Below are positions 45,603 to 58,040 of a stretch of DNA of 64,000 nt, piece after piece. The stretch covers positions 615 to 64,614 of the forward strand of contig CAMCSE010000001.1 in the NCBI GenBank assembly GCA_945877515.1. The letters run 5' to 3'. This DNA comes from an uncultured Clostridia bacterium (GTDB lineage: Bacteria; Bacillota; Clostridia; Oscillospirales; Oscillospiraceae). Position numbers and translations under genes: made by a program. Below the pieces are notes generated by a model that saw nothing but the letters and a program-made list of their open reading frames with translations, searched no databases and was not told the origin of the DNA. Numbering within the stretch: the first letter of the stretch is position 1; each line of letters begins with the position of its first letter.

Positions 45603-46328
45603 TCAGCCGATCTGCTGCAGCAAAAGGATCAGACCGGAAACGCCCACAAAGACATATACCACGGTGCGCATGGCGTCGGCGTTCAGCTTTCCTGCAATTT
45701 TGCCGCCTATGACCGCACCCAGCAGGATGCAAACGGAGCCGACAGCCGCAAAGGGCAGGATCTCTGGATGCAGAAGACCATTGTAGACCCGTCCGAAAAG
45801 GCTGACCGCGCCGGTTATGCTGAAGAGCAGCTGCATACAGGCCAGATAGCTGGCGTGGTCGCGGGCGGCTGTCACAAAGTACAGCGCCATGGGAGGTCCT
45901 CCAATGGCAAAGAGCCCCGCACTTATGCCGCAGAAAAAACCGCAGACGACGCCTGCCGCGGGCTTCGGTGTCAGCTGCACCCTCCGGGCCGCCAGCAGGA
46001 AGTACAGTGCGAGAACCATCAAAAAGACGGCGAAAACGATCACCAACACATGAAGATCCAATGTATCCACAATGCCCAGCATCAGCAGACTGGCCAGCGA
46101 AAAGGCAATGGTGGGCGGCAGGGTAAGCCGCCACTGGATATGCCGCCGGTATTTCCAGCACAAAACCATGCAAAAAAGCTGGTTGATCACGATGGCCAGC
46201 GCCGTGGCGTCAATCATATTAAAATAGAAAGGCAGTATCATCATCAGAAAGACCACCGAGCCGAAACCAGTCACCGACTGGATGATCCCGGCGACCAGGC
46301 TAGTTGCTGCCACCACAAACCAGATCAT
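45603..46328 (-). CDS. TauE/SafE (TSUP) family permease
   Basis: QSVTGFG and FAIGGPP motifs, ~8 TMs; GGAGG SD. Confidence 0.85.
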   Translation of the reverse strand: MIWFVVAATSLVAGIIQSVTGFGSVVFLMMILPFYFNMIDATALAIVINQLFCMVLCWKYRRHIQWRLTLPPTIAFSLASLLMLGIVDTLDLHVLVIVFAVFLMVLALYFLLAARRVQLTPKPAAGVVCGFFCGISAGLFAIGGPPMALYFVTAARDHASYLACMQLLFSITGAVSLFGRVYNGLLHPEILPFAAVGSVCILLGAVIGGKIAGKLNADAMRTVVYVFVGVSGLILLLQQIG

Positions 46329-46630
46329 TGCGGCACACCTCCCGCGCAGCATGAAATCACATGCTGCCATCTTACCACATTGTGAAAAAAAAGGAAAGCC
46401 TTTCCACCGACAACTATCTTCATTTTTTAGCAATATTTTTATGACATATATGACGTAATACGCAATATTGAGATATAAAACCGCAATGTTTTACGCGATT
46501 TCTACTTTTCTGCCGGTGTTTTGCAGAAAGAGACGCTTTTCGACACCGAATATGTGGTAGAATCTACCATCATAAAGGTTGGAAACCTTTGTTAACTGCA
46601 TCGCCGCACAACACGGTAAAGGAGGTCGCC

Positions 46631-46825
46631 ATGAATCATTTGATGCGTATACTGTCCCTTCTGCGATTCGAGTTCCACCAGAGTCGGATCCTGCGCTACC
46701 GTCAGCAGGGGCGAAGGTTGATGCGTGACAGCGGGATCTCGCAGCAGCTGCTTGCGTTGAATAGCCGGATCGATCATCACGGCTGTATCATGCGGCAGCT
46801 GGAACACGAACTGGAAGCGGCATAG
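46631..46825 (+). CDS. Small hypothetical protein (64 aa)
   Basis: AAGGAGGT SD before ATG, terminator directly after stop. Confidence 0.65.
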   Translation: MNHLMRILSLLRFEFHQSRILRYRQQGRRLMRDSGISQQLLALNSRIDHHGCIMRQLEHELEAA

Positions 46826-46868
46826 GAACGCAAAAAACCGGCCCAAAAGGGCCGGTTTTTTGCGTTCC
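46825..46868. terminator. Bidirectional terminator
   Basis: GGAACGCAAAAAACCGGCCC-AAAA-GGGCCGGTTTTTTGCGTTCC. Confidence 0.9.
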
Positions 46869-46881
46869 GCATCACATGCGG

Positions 46882-47581
46882 TCATTTTTTCTTTTTGCCC
46901 AGATAGGCTTCCTTGATGGACTCGTCTGCCAACAGCTCTGCGCCGGTACCGAACTTGGTGATGTTGCCGGTCTCCAGCACATAGGCATAGTCCGCGATCT
47001 TCAGGGCCATGTTGGCGTTCTGCTCGATCAACAGTACGGTCACGCCCTGTTCGTTGATGGTGCGGATAATATCAAAGATGCCCTGCACCACCAGCGGCGC
47101 CAGACCCAAAGAGGGTTCGTCCATCATCAGCAGCTTGGGGCGGCTCATCAGGGCACGGCCCACGGCCAGCATCTGCTGCTCGCCGCCGGACAGCGTACCG
47201 GCCAGCTGCCAGTGACGCTCCTCCAGACGGGGGAACAGCTCGTAGACCCACTTGAGGTCCCGCTCGATGCCGTCCTTATCGCTGCGCAGATAGGCGCCGA
47301 TCTTCAGGTTTTCCAGCACCGTCAGATTGGGGAACACACGGCGGCCTTCGGGGGCCTGTGCGATACCGGCCTCCAGCACCTTGTTGATGGGCTTGCCCAG
47401 CAGTTCCTGATCGTTATAGGTGATAGAACCACTGTCGGCCTTTACCAGACCGGAGATGGTGCGCAGGGTGGTGGACTTACCGGCGCCGTTTGCGCCGATG
47501 AGGGTAACGATCTTGCCGTCCGGCACCTCCAGACTGATGCCCCGCAGTGCCTTGATGCCGCCGTAGGATACATGTAAGTTC

Positions 47582-47595
<14 letters not shown>
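46882..47595 (-). CDS. livF: Branched-chain amino acid ABC ATP-binding protein LivF
   Basis: GANGAGKST, PEGRRVF, LSGGEQQMLA, DEPSLGLAP, IEQNA. Confidence 0.95.
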
Positions 47596-48516
<921 letters not shown>

Positions 48517-48520
<4 letters not shown>

Positions 48521-49605
48521 TTGGACGCCACCTCCTTTGCGGGCTTTTCGCGTTTCTTAAAGAGCTTGCCGAACCAATTGATGATGCCGTCCCACGAGAA
48601 TTCGTGGTCGCCCATAATACCCTTGCGGAAGAACAACACCACGATCATAATGACCACGGAGAACACCAGCATACGGAAGCCGCCCCGCATGAAGGGGATG
48701 TTCACGCCGATATAGGGCATGGGGTCGTCCAGGAAACGTAGCCACCACTCAGAGCAGGCGATGTAGAGGAAGGAGCCCAGGATGGAGCCGGTAATGGAGC
48801 CGATACCGCCGATGACCACGATCAGCAGGATCTCATAGGTCATGGTGGAGGTAAAGGTGTTGGCCTGCACGCTGGACTGGAACATGGCCAGCAGCGCACC
48901 GCCTACGCCGGCGAAGAAGGAGCTGATCATAAAGGCCTGCATCTTATGCTTGGCCAGATTGATGCCCATGGCCTCGGCGGCGATCTCGTCGTCACGGATG
49001 GCCTTGAAAGCACGGCCATAGGTGGAATTGATGATCAGCACGATGATGGCGATGCAGATACCCGATACGATAAAGGGAAACAGCACACTGTCAAAGTTGG
49101 CGAACTTTTTCAGCAGGTTGGAGGCGTTGGTCAGAGGGCCTACCTGCTTCCACTGGATAATGGCCCGCATGATCTCGGCAAAGCCCAGCGTGGCGATGGC
49201 CAGATAGTCGGACTTCAGCTTCAGTACCGGCAGGCCGATGAGCCACGCGAAGATCATGGGCACAATACCGGCCAGCACCAGCGCCACGATCATGGGCAGG
49301 CAGAACTGGACGATACCGCCGTCAAAGTACTGGTACACAGCGGCGCGGGATTCCACGGGAATTGTCAGGATGGCGTAGGTATACGCGCCGATCATCATGA
49401 AGCCCGCCTGACCCAGCGAAAACAGGCCGGTAAAGCCGTTAAGCAGGTTCAGGGACACCGCCACCAGCGAGTAGATGGCGCCCTTTTTCAGCACCGATGC
49501 CAGCATAGAGTAGTGCTGGAACTTATCCACATACAGCAGAAAGACAAGGCAGACGGCGGCGAGGATCAAAGACAGCAACAGATTTCTTTTCTTATTGTTC
49601 TTCAT
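48517..49605 (-). CDS. livM: Branched-chain amino acid ABC permease LivM
   Basis: GFTGLFSLGQAGF, DYLAIATLGF, AIRDDEIAA, VVIGGIGS. Confidence 0.93.
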
Positions 49606-49608
49606 ATC

Positions 49609-50496
49609 TCACACCTTCTCCGTCAGTTTTTCGCCGAACAGGCCGTTGGGCTTGCACAGCAGGATGATGATCAGCAGCGCAAAGGTGAATGCGTTACTGA
49701 ACACGGCAATATTCTCGTTGGCCTTGATAAAGGACTCGCAGATACCAATGATAAACGCACCGATCACAGCGCCGGGGATGGATCCGATCCCGCCGAACAC
49801 CGCCGCCACGAAGGCTTTCAGGCCGGGCATGGCGCCGATCATGGGGCTGACCTGACCGTAGTTGGCGAAGTACAGGATGGAAGCAACACCCGCCAGGAAG
49901 GAGCCGATGACAAAGGTCATGGAGATGACGGAGTTGATCTTGATGCCCATCAGCTGGGACGTTTCAAAATCGCGGGACACGGCGCGCATGGCCATACCGA
50001 TCTTGGTTTTCTGGATCAGCACCACCAGGATCGCCACCAGCACGATGGTCAGGATGGGGGTAATGATGGTAATGCGCTTAATGCTCAGACTGCCCACCTG
50101 CATTACCTTGGTCAGGAAGGGGATGTCAGGATAAGCGCGGGCGATACCGCCGGTGATGTATGTAGCCAGGTTTTGCAGCAGATAGCTGACGCCGATGGCG
50201 GAGATCATGACCGACATACGGGGCGCGGTGCGCAGGGGCTTGTACGCCGCCTTCTCAATGAGCACACCCAGAAGCACCGTAAGGATCAGCACCAGTGGGA
50301 TGGAGACCGCCAGAGAGCAGGAGGCGGAAATGTAGACCATAAAGAAGCCTGCCATCATAAAGATGTCGCCGTGGGCGAAGTTGATCAGCCGCAGGATACC
50401 GTAGACCATGGTATATCCGATGGCGATCAACGCATACAGGCTGCCCACCGTGACGCCGGAGAGCAGCAGTTGGACAAAATACGCTGCGTCATGCAT
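49609..50496 (-). CDS. livH: Branched-chain amino acid ABC permease LivH
   Basis: YALIAIGYTMVYG..INFAHG, GMAMRA, KAFVAAVFGGIG, KPNGLFG. Confidence 0.93.
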   Translation of the reverse strand: MHDAAYFVQLLLSGVTVGSLYALIAIGYTMVYGILRLINFAHGDIFMMAGFFMVYISASCSLAVSIPLVLILTVLLGVLIEKAAYKPLRTAPRMSVMISAIGVSYLLQNLATYITGGIARAYPDIPFLTKVMQVGSLSIKRITIITPILTIVLVAILVVLIQKTKIGMAMRAVSRDFETSQLMGIKINSVISMTFVIGSFLAGVASILYFANYGQVSPMIGAMPGLKAFVAAVFGGIGSIPGAVIGAFIIGICESFIKANENIAVFSNAFTFALLIIILLCKPNGLFGEKLTEKV

Positions 50497-50525
50497 AGTA
50501 GGGGGACCCTCCTTCATTATGAATC

Positions 50526-50622
50526 TTGCGCTTTCAGAAACCGGAGGCCTCTCACGGCTTCTCAAAACGCAAGAGTCATCAAAGTTGCATCGTGAGGGGA
50601 GCCAATGCTCCCCTCACGATGG
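50526..50622 (-). other. Two intercistronic hairpins between SBP gene and livH
   Basis: CATCGTGAGGGGAGC-CAAT-GCTCCCCTCACGATG (50589-50622) and imperfect TTGCG..CGCAA stem (50526-50572). Confidence 0.55.
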
Positions 50623-50651
50623 ATAGCGATTTACTGTGTGAACGCAGGTTC

Positions 50652-51860
50652 TTAGCCGTTGTAGGTGCTGTAATAAACGATCTCGCCATCCTTGATGGTC
50701 TTGATAACAGCGTAGGTCTTGACAGCATCGCCGTTCTCATCGAAGGACAGGTCGCCGGTGATCAGGCCGGGCACGTTCAGGGACACCAGAGCGTCGCGGA
50801 TGGCCACACCGTCGGTGGAGCCGGCAGCCTCGATGGCGTAAACGGCAGCCATGTAAGCGTCATAGCCGCAGGGAGTCACGCTGGAGATGGCCTCAGCAGT
50901 GCCGCCGTTGTTCTCGATGCGGGTGTTGTCCTCGGCAACCCAGGCCTTGAAGCCCTCGACGAAAGCCTTACCGGCTTCGTTGGTGGTATCGTCAGCATCA
51001 AAGAAAGCGGAGAAGAAGATGTCGGTAGCCTTGTCACCGGTACGCTGGGCGATGGAGATATCATCCCAGGTATCGCCGGCCATGATGGGGCAGGTGATGC
51101 CGGCGTCACGGGCCTGGCTGATAATCATGGCAGCAGTCTCGATGGAGACGGGAGCAAAGATGCCGTCATAGCCGGCGGACTTCACGGAAGCCATGATGGT
51201 GGAGAAGTCGGTCTCGCCCTTCTGGAACTCCAGAACGGTAGCCTTACCGCCCAGACGCTCCATTTCCTTCTGGAAGTAGTTGCCGAAGCCGGCGGAGTAG
51301 TCGTCGCCGGACTCAATGATCAGAGCGCAGTTGACGCTGCCCTTTTCCTTGTTGGCAAAGTTGGCCATCACGGCGCCCTGGAAGGGATCGATGTAGGATA
51401 CACGGAAGTAGAAGTCGTTATCCAGAGTGACCTGGGGATTGGTGCAGGAAGTGCCGATGGCAGGGATCTGAGCCTCCTTGAACAGGTCGCCGGCAGCAAT
51501 GGCGCAGCCGGAGCCGTATGTACCGATGACCACAGACACGCCCTGGGAGATCAGGGTCTGGGCAGCGGTAGGCGCCTTGGCGGCGTCAGATGCGTTATCC
51601 GCGGTGATCAGCTGAACGGTGTACTCCTCGCCGCCGATGGTGACGGTGGGCTTGATGGAGTTGGCATACTCAATGCCCAGGATTTCCTTCTTGCCGCCGG
51701 CAGCGTTCTGGCCGGAAGTAGGCTCGAAGATACCGATCTTGACGACCTTGTCGCCGGCAGAGCTGTTGTCGTTATTGTTGGCATCTCCGCCCTGGCCGCC
51801 GCAGGCCACCAGAGACAACGCCATGACCAGAGCCAACAGCATTGCAATAAACTTTTTCAT
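50652..51860 (-). CDS. Branched-chain amino acid ABC substrate-binding lipoprotein (LivJ/LivK)
   Basis: Lipobox LVAC, TNPQVT..YFRV..IDPFQG, DFS, GYDA, TGDLSFDENGD. Confidence 0.9.
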   Translation of the reverse strand: MKKFIAMLLALVMALSLVACGGQGGDANNNDNSSAGDKVVKIGIFEPTSGQNAAGGKKEILGIEYANSIKPTVTIGGEEYTVQLITADNASDAAKAPTAAQTLISQGVSVVIGTYGSGCAIAAGDLFKEAQIPAIGTSCTNPQVTLDNDFYFRVSYIDPFQGAVMANFANKEKGSVNCALIIESGDDYSAGFGNYFQKEMERLGGKATVLEFQKGETDFSTIMASVKSAGYDGIFAPVSIETAAMIISQARDAGITCPIMAGDTWDDISIAQRTGDKATDIFFSAFFDADDTTNEAGKAFVEGFKAWVAEDNTRIENNGGTAEAISSVTPCGYDAYMAAVYAIEAAGSTDGVAIRDALVSLNVPGLITGDLSFDENGDAVKTYAVIKTIKDGEIVYYSTYNG

Positions 51861-52335
51861 GTTTTTTCCTCCTAAAAATCTCTCTTACCGTGGCGTTCCG
51901 CCTCCGGTAGAACAGTATTATTTTAATGGAATCCTCCTCAAAAAACAATTGTAACATGCTCCGAAATTACAAAGGCGTTTGTCCGCCTCTCGCTGGCAAA
52001 AGTTGTTGCGCCATAGGAGCATGTCCACAAGTAAAGAACACCTACTTTCGCACAGTGTACAACAGAATGGTTGCCATTCCTTCCTTAACAAACATTTTAC
52101 GACAAAGAACGCTAAAATAGTGAGTGCTTTATGTCCTTTACTCGTTAAAAATAGTATTTTTTTCGTGAGAATATAAATCTTTTTTATTTTTGGGCCTGTG
52201 AATGGGAAAGCGATACCCGTTTGGAGCACGTTATGGCAGGGTGTCCCCATTTGAAAGACAATTCTTTCGTGATTTTGCACAAACCGTCTGTAAAGCAGAG
52301 CGAAAAAGTGATAGTTTCTATCCAGTTTCTATGCA

Positions 52336-52369
52336 AAGGAGCGCTTGCCTGTGCAGCAAGCGCTCCTTG
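52336..52369 (-). terminator. Terminator after ftsH
   Basis: AAGGAGCGCTTGC..GCAAGCGCTCCTT. Confidence 0.75.
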
Positions 52370-52380
52370 TAAAAATAGTT

Positions 52381-54216
52381 TTATGGTTTCTTTGAAACGG
52401 TATCGGTGAAAAATCCCTCGAATACGTCTCCGGTCATGGTTTCGTTTGCCAGCAGGTACTCCGCGATCTCCGTCAGCTGCTGCTGATAGGTTTTGAGGAT
52501 CTCCTGCGCCTTCTGATAGGCATCGTCGATGATGGCCCGGATCTCACTATCCATCTCGGAAGCGGTCTTTTCCGAATAGGGGCGGGTATGTCCCATGGAT
52601 TTACCGATAAACACCTCGTCCGATCCGGCGTCAAAAGCCACGGTGCCCAGCTTGGTGGACATGCCGTAGGTGCCCACCATCTTGCGGGCGAGAGACGTGG
52701 CCCGCTGGATATCGTTGGACGCGCCGGTGGAAATATCGCCCAGCATCAGCTGCTCCGCGGCACGGCCGCCCAGCAGTGACACGATCTGCTGGATCATATA
52801 CTCCCGGCTCAGGTAGGAACGGTCCTCGTCCGGCAGGGAGATGGTCATGCCGCCGGCCTGCCCGCGGGGCACAATGGTGATCTGATGCACCGGATCGTGC
52901 TGGGGCAGCGCCCGCATCACCACGGCGTGGCCCGCCTCGTGATACGCGGTCAGCTTCCGCTCCTGCTCGGGGATCACGCGGCTGTGCTTCTCGGGACCGG
53001 CGATCACCTTGATAACCGCCTCGTCGATGGCCGCCTTGTCAATAGCCATCTTGTTCTGACGGCCTGCCAGCAGCGCCGCCTCGTTCAGCAGATTTTCCAG
53101 ATCCGCACCTGTAAAGCCGGGGGTACCCTTGGCCACCTGACCGAGATCCACATCCTCCGCCAGCGGCTTATTGTGGGCGTGAATGGTCAGGATCTCCTCG
53201 CGGCCCTTGATGTCGGGCAGGCCCACGTAGACCTGGCGGTCAAACCGTCCGGGGCGCAGCAGCGCGGGATCCAGAATATCCACCCGGTTGGTGGCGGCCA
53301 GCACCACAACGCCCTCGTTGGAGCCGAAGCCGTCCATCTCCACCAGCAGCTGATTCAGCGTCTGCTCACGCTCGTCATGGCCGCCGCCCAGTCCGCTGCC
53401 GCGCTGACGGCCCACGGCGTCGATCTCGTCGATAAACACGATGGCCGGCGCTTCCTTTTTGGCCTGCAGAAACAGGTCGCGGACACGGCTGGCGCCTACA
53501 CCCACATACATCTCCACAAAGTCGGAGCCGGAGATGGACAGGAACTTTACGTCTGCCTCACCGGCCACCGCCTTGGCCAGCAGCGTCTTACCGGTACCCG
53601 GAGGGCCAACCAGCAGCACACCCTTGGGGATATGGGCGCCCAGCTTCAGATACTTTTCGGGGTCCCGCAGAAATTCCACGATCTCCTGCAATTCCTCTTT
53701 TTCCTCGTCAGCGCCGGCGACATCCCGGAAGGTGACCTTTTTATCGCCCTCCGGAATACTGTTGACCCGGGCCTCACCAAAGTGGGCCATCTTGTCGCTG
53801 ACGCCGCCTGCGCCGCCGTTCATGCGGGTCATCAGGTTCATCAGCACGATGAAGGCCATGGCTGCCAGCACATAGGGAAGCAGCACCTGCAGCCAGTTGG
53901 TGGAGGAAGCGTAGGGGTAGTCGTAGGAGGTAATGATCCCCTTGGCGTACTGCTCCACCACCAGGTTGTTGAGATCATCGTAAAAGAGGTCGAAGTCACG
54001 CAGTTGGCAGGCAGCAGTGGTCTGATCCTTCAGCGTGGCGGTCAGCCGGGTGCCGTTGATGGTGAAGGACTGCACTTTCTCCTGTACGAACAGCTGCCGC
54101 ATCTCGCTATACGGGATATCGCCCTGACGGGTCATGCTGCGGGCCAGATACAGCACCAGCAGCAGGCAGATCACAAGGAAAAAAATTGAGCGGAAATTGA
54201 TTCTTTTGGGTTCCAT
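52381..54216 (-). CDS. ftsH: ATP-dependent zinc metalloprotease FtsH (canonical tilS-hpt locus)
   Basis: [35 protein letters not shown]. Confidence 0.96.
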   Translation of the reverse strand: MEPKRINFRSIFFLVICLLLVLYLARSMTRQGDIPYSEMRQLFVQEKVQSFTINGTRLTATLKDQTTAACQLRDFDLFYDDLNNLVVEQYAKGIITSYDYPYASSTNWLQVLLPYVLAAMAFIVLMNLMTRMNGGAGGVSDKMAHFGEARVNSIPEGDKKVTFRDVAGADEEKEELQEIVEFLRDPEKYLKLGAHIPKGVLLVGPPGTGKTLLAKAVAGEADVKFLSISGSDFVEMYVGVGASRVRDLFLQAKKEAPAIVFIDEIDAVGRQRGSGLGGGHDEREQTLNQLLVEMDGFGSNEGVVVLAATNRVDILDPALLRPGRFDRQVYVGLPDIKGREEILTIHAHNKPLAEDVDLGQVAKGTPGFTGADLENLLNEAALLAGRQNKMAIDKAAIDEAVIKVIAGPEKHSRVIPEQERKLTAYHEAGHAVVMRALPQHDPVHQITIVPRGQAGGMTISLPDEDRSYLSREYMIQQIVSLLGGRAAEQLMLGDISTGASNDIQRATSLARKMVGTYGMSTKLGTVAFDAGSDEVFIGKSMGHTRPYSEKTASEMDSEIRAIIDDAYQKAQEILKTYQQQLTEIAEYLLANETMTGDVFEGFFTDTVSKKP

Positions 54217-54230
54217 GACACGTTGCCTCC

Positions 54231-54830
54231 CTATCCTACCAAGCGAATGCCCTGCCAGCTCTGGCCGCTGCCGACGCTGATAACGACAAAGGGCTTTGCG
54301 AGAATTTTATGAATGGAGATATAGGGATCGTTCCAAAAACGGCTGTCAAAGGAGCCGGTACGGTTATCGCCCAGGAAAAAGACGCAGCCCTCCGGCACCT
54401 TGAACGTATTGTCGGATTCCGTGACCCCCTGCGCGGGGAGATACGACTCCTCCAACTGCTGGCCGTTGATATAGACATACCCGTCCCGGAAGGATATCTC
54501 GTCGCCGGGCAGGCCGATGACACGCTTGACCAGTACCTTGCCCAGCTCATCGCTCCGGAAAGTCACCACATCGCCCCGTTCCGGCACGGGATCGGACACC
54601 AGATAGGACAACTGCCAGCCCAGCAGCACCGATTTGGTGGGCAGCGTGGTCTCCATGGAGCCGCTGGGCACCCATGCGATCTGGATCACGAATTTGAATA
54701 CCACAAAAACGGCAGCCAGGATCAGAATGACCTCCCGCCATTCCTTCCAGAACCGTTTCAGGGTCCACCTTTCCTTTTCGTCCGGAACGGCTTTCTGCTG
54801 CTCCAGACGCTTTCCTTCATCTTCCCTCAT
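54231..54830 (-). CDS. lepB: Signal peptidase I
   Basis: [29 protein letters not shown]; GGAGG SD before ATG 54830. Confidence 0.93.
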   Translation of the reverse strand: MREDEGKRLEQQKAVPDEKERWTLKRFWKEWREVILILAAVFVVFKFVIQIAWVPSGSMETTLPTKSVLLGWQLSYLVSDPVPERGDVVTFRSDELGKVLVKRVIGLPGDEISFRDGYVYINGQQLEESYLPAQGVTESDNTFKVPEGCVFFLGDNRTGSFDSRFWNDPYISIHKILAKPFVVISVGSGQSWQGIRLVG

Positions 54831-54852
54831 AGGGCCCTCCTGTTTTGCCAAA

Positions 54853-55407
54853 TTATTTGCTGTACACTTCCGGCTTCAGCACACCGATACAGGGATAGTT
54901 GCGGTACTTCTGGGCATAGTCCAGGCCGTAGCCCACCACAAACTCATCCGGCACCTCAAAGCCGGCCAGATCAGCCACGATGGGCTTCTCCCGGCGGGCA
55001 GGCTTATCCAGCAGCGTTACAATGGTGACGGACGCCGCACCCTTGGTGGCCAGGTAGTTTTTCAGGAAATAGAGTGTGTTGCCGGAGTCCAGAATATCCT
55101 CCACCACAATGATGTGGCGGCCGGTGATATCCTTCTGAAGGTCCCGGGTGATCTCCACCACACCGGAGCTCTTGGTGCCGTTGTTGTAGGAGGACACGCC
55201 GATGAACTCGATCTCGCTCTTCAGCTGTGCGGCCCGCACCAGATCCGCCATGAAGATGAAGCAGCCCTTCAGCACGCCTACAAAAATGGGGTCCTTATCC
55301 GCAAAGCGGTCATACAGTTCACTGCCCATCTCCTGCACGCGCGCATGCAGCTGCTCCTCCGACATCAGTACCTTCAAGATGTCCTGTTCCATGTTGCTCT
55401 TTACCAT
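54853..55407 (-). CDS. hpt: Hypoxanthine phosphoribosyltransferase
   Basis: GVLKG, IVVEDILDSGNTL, FVVGYGLDY. Confidence 0.96.
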   Translation of the reverse strand: MVKSNMEQDILKVLMSEEQLHARVQEMGSELYDRFADKDPIFVGVLKGCFIFMADLVRAAQLKSEIEFIGVSSYNNGTKSSGVVEITRDLQKDITGRHIIVVEDILDSGNTLYFLKNYLATKGAASVTIVTLLDKPARREKPIVADLAGFEVPDEFVVGYGLDYAQKYRNYPCIGVLKPEVYSK

Positions 55408-56687
55408 TTCCCGGTATCCTCCTTGTGGATTTCTCTTTTATGGATTGTGATATTTATGTTGTCGTCGTTCTCTTTTGACGATACGCTCTCCCCTATGCCC
55501 ACACCGTATACCGCGCGGACAGCCCCGTTTACACAGACGACCGGGATCTTATTCCGATCTTCCGCCGGAATGCCCGCGTCCAGAAACAGCCGCTTGAGGC
55601 TGCGGCTGCCCCGGCCTGTGGTCAAACGGTCACTGCCGCGCCAGGAGCGAACGGTAACGCGGGCGCCCGCACCGCCGCGCAGGGTGATATCGTAGTCACC
55701 CCAACGGTTGACGCCCGGCCTGAGTGTCATCTCCGGCAGGACTGCCGCCCGCATGGTCAGGCGCAGCTGTCCGCCCCGGCACATGGCCTGCATCCCGCCC
55801 GGTAAGTCCAGCGTGCCGCCGCCGACGGCCAGCGCCAGCAGCGCGTCGATGTGTACCGCGCCCACGTCCTTTTTTCCGCCGGGCAGCCGTCCCAATAACA
55901 GCCGCAGAATGCGGGGCCGCAGAGCCTCCGGCGCTGACAGAAGCCGCGCCGTTTCCAGCACCGTGCCTGACTGGGGCAGATAGTCGGCCGCCAGCGTGTC
56001 CAGATAGGTGTTTTCGCTCCGCAGGATCTCCGCCGTACGGCCGATGGAACGGGTCAGCGCGGGATTGATGGTCTCCAATTGAGGCCACAGCTCCCGCCGC
56101 AAGCGGTTGCGGGCGTAATGGATGTCCTGATTGGTGCTGTCCTCCACATGGGCCAGCCTGTGTTCCGCAAGATAGTCCTCGATCTCCCGGCGGCTGGTTT
56201 GCAGCAGGGGACGGACGATCCTACCCCGCACCGGTGGGATGCCCGCCAGCCCCTCCGGACCGGTGCCCCGCAGCAGGTTCAGCAGCACGGTTTCCGCCTG
56301 ATCCTGAGCGTGATGGGCGGTAGCAATGCGCGATGCGCCGATGGTATCGGCAGTGCGGTGCAGAAAGTCGTACCGCAGCCGCCGACCTGTTTCCTCCACG
56401 CCAAGACCCCACTGCTCCGCCGTCTCATAGACCGGTGCGGCCTCGGTGTAAAAGGGAACGTCCAGATCCCGGCACAGCGCCCGGACAAAATCCTCGTCCC
56501 GCTGGGCCTCCGGCCGCATTTTGTGGTTCAGATGCGCCGCCGCCACGGAAAAGCCGCGGCCGGGCGCCAGGTTTGCCAGATAGTGCAGCAGGCACACGGA
56601 GTCCCGTCCGCCGGACACGGCGCACAGCAGCAAGCCGCCTGCCGGCGGCAGCATCCCCCACCGTTCCATCCAAGGGATCAGATCCAT
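55401..56687 (-). CDS. tilS: tRNA(Ile)-lysidine synthetase
   Basis: AVSGGRDS, RRLRY, TAHHAQDQAET, RPLL, DSTN, RNRLR. Confidence 0.95.
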   Translation of the reverse strand: MDLIPWMERWGMLPPAGGLLLCAVSGGRDSVCLLHYLANLAPGRGFSVAAAHLNHKMRPEAQRDEDFVRALCRDLDVPFYTEAAPVYETAEQWGLGVEETGRRLRYDFLHRTADTIGASRIATAHHAQDQAETVLLNLLRGTGPEGLAGIPPVRGRIVRPLLQTSRREIEDYLAEHRLAHVEDSTNQDIHYARNRLRRELWPQLETINPALTRSIGRTAEILRSENTYLDTLAADYLPQSGTVLETARLLSAPEALRPRILRLLLGRLPGGKKDVGAVHIDALLALAVGGGTLDLPGGMQAMCRGGQLRLTMRAAVLPEMTLRPGVNRWGDYDITLRGGAGARVTVRSWRGSDRLTTGRGSRSLKRLFLDAGIPAEDRNKIPVVCVNGAVRAVYGVGIGESVSSKENDDNINITIHKREIHKEDTGKW

Positions 56688-56690
56688 GGC

Positions 56691-58040
56691 TTACTCCTCA
56701 TCGTCGCCGTACCGGTTTTCCAGCGTGCCGAAGGCGGTATATTCCGGCATCCACCGCAGCTCCACCTTACCGGTCTCGCCGTGACGGTTCTTGGCCACGA
56801 TGCACTCCGCAATATTGTGTTTTTCCGAGTCTTCATTATAATAGTCGTCACGATACAGAAACATGACGATATCGGCGTCCTGCTCAATGGCGCCGGATTC
56901 ACGCAGATCCGACAGCATGGGCCGCTTGTTGTCACGCTTTTCGTTGGCGCGGCTCAGCTGCGAAAGGCACAGCACCGGCACCTGCAGCTCCTTAGCCATG
57001 ATCTTCAGCATACGGCTGATGTCCGACACCGCCTGCTGGCGGTTCTCGCCGGCATAGCTTTTGCCGCCGGCACTGGTCATCAATTGCAGATAGTCGATGA
57101 CCACCAGCCCCAAATTGTCCAGTCGCCGGCACTTGGCGTTCATGTCCGCCGCCGTCAGCAGGGGATTGTCGTCAATGCGGATATCCATGCGGCTGAGATT
57201 GGAGGCCGCTTCCGCGATCCGCTGCCAGTCGCTCTCCCGCAAATTGCCGGTGGTGAGCCGCTGGTTCTCCACCAGCCCCTCGGATGCAATGAGACGGGTC
57301 ACCAGCTGCTCCCGGGACATTTCCAGCGAGAAGATCGCCACAGTCTTGCCGGAGGTTTTGGCCGCCGACAGCGCCACGTTCAGCGCCAGACTGGTCTTAC
57401 CCATACCGGGGCGGGCTGCCAGCAGCAGCAGGTCGGATTTATTCAGGCCGTTGATCTTGCTGTCCACGGCGGACAACCCGGTGGACAATCCCGGCAGGCT
57501 GGACTCACTGTTGGACAGCTCCTCCAGCCGGGTCATCACGTCCTGCAGGACCTGACTGACAGGCACCATGCTCTGGCCGCTGCGGCCGCGGCGGATGGCG
57601 TAGACCTTCTGCTCGGCGGATTCCAGCATATCGCCTGCGGAGGCGCCGCCCTCCTGCACCATGGCGGTGATGTTGGCCGCAGCGGTGGCCACCTGCCGCA
57701 TCAGCGCCTTGTCCCGCACGATCTTTACATACTCATTGACATTGGCGGAGGTGGGCGTCACCTCCATCAGTTGCAGCAGATAGGGGCGGGTGGCTTCGGT
57801 ATAGGTGCCGTTTTTCTCCATTTCGCTGGCGACCGTCACGCCGTCCACCGGCTGGGAGTAGACGAACATGTGGGCGATGGTCTCAAAGATCTCCCGGTTC
57901 TGCCGCAGGTAGAAATCCTCCGCCTGCAGCTGATCCATCACATCCTTGACACAATCGCCGTCGATCAGCATGGAGCCAAGCACCGCCTGCTCCGCTTCCG
58001 CGGAGTGGGGCATGCCCCGCATCAATAATTCGTCCATCAT
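56691..58040 (-). CDS. dnaB: Replicative DNA helicase
   Basis: AEQAVLG, AARPGMGKT, FSLEM, IDYLQLM, SQLSR, DLRESGAIEQDAD, KNRHG. Confidence 0.97.
   Translation of the reverse strand: MMDELLMRGMPHSAEAEQAVLGSMLIDGDCVKDVMDQLQAEDFYLRQNREIFETIAHMFVYSQPVDGVTVASEMEKNGTYTEATRPYLLQLMEVTPTSANVNEYVKIVRDKALMRQVATAAANITAMVQEGGASAGDMLESAEQKVYAIRRGRSGQSMVPVSQVLQDVMTRLEELSNSESSLPGLSTGLSAVDSKINGLNKSDLLLLAARPGMGKTSLALNVALSAAKTSGKTVAIFSLEMSREQLVTRLIASEGLVENQRLTTGNLRESDWQRIAEAASNLSRMDIRIDDNPLLTAADMNAKCRRLDNLGLVVIDYLQLMTSAGGKSYAGENRQQAVSDISRMLKIMAKELQVPVLCLSQLSRANEKRDNKRPMLSDLRESGAIEQDADIVMFLYRDDYYNEDSEKHNIAECIVAKNRHGETGKVELRWMPEYTAFGTLENRYGDDEE

Noticed and set aside
42703-46600. tRNA-Leu as integration site of an island
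   Set aside because: No integrase and no duplicated tRNA 3' end found downstream in the window.
51861-52335. T-box or CodY sites upstream of the liv operon
   Set aside because: No T-box (GGTGGNACCGCG) motif on the minus strand; CodY-like matches too degenerate in AT-rich DNA.
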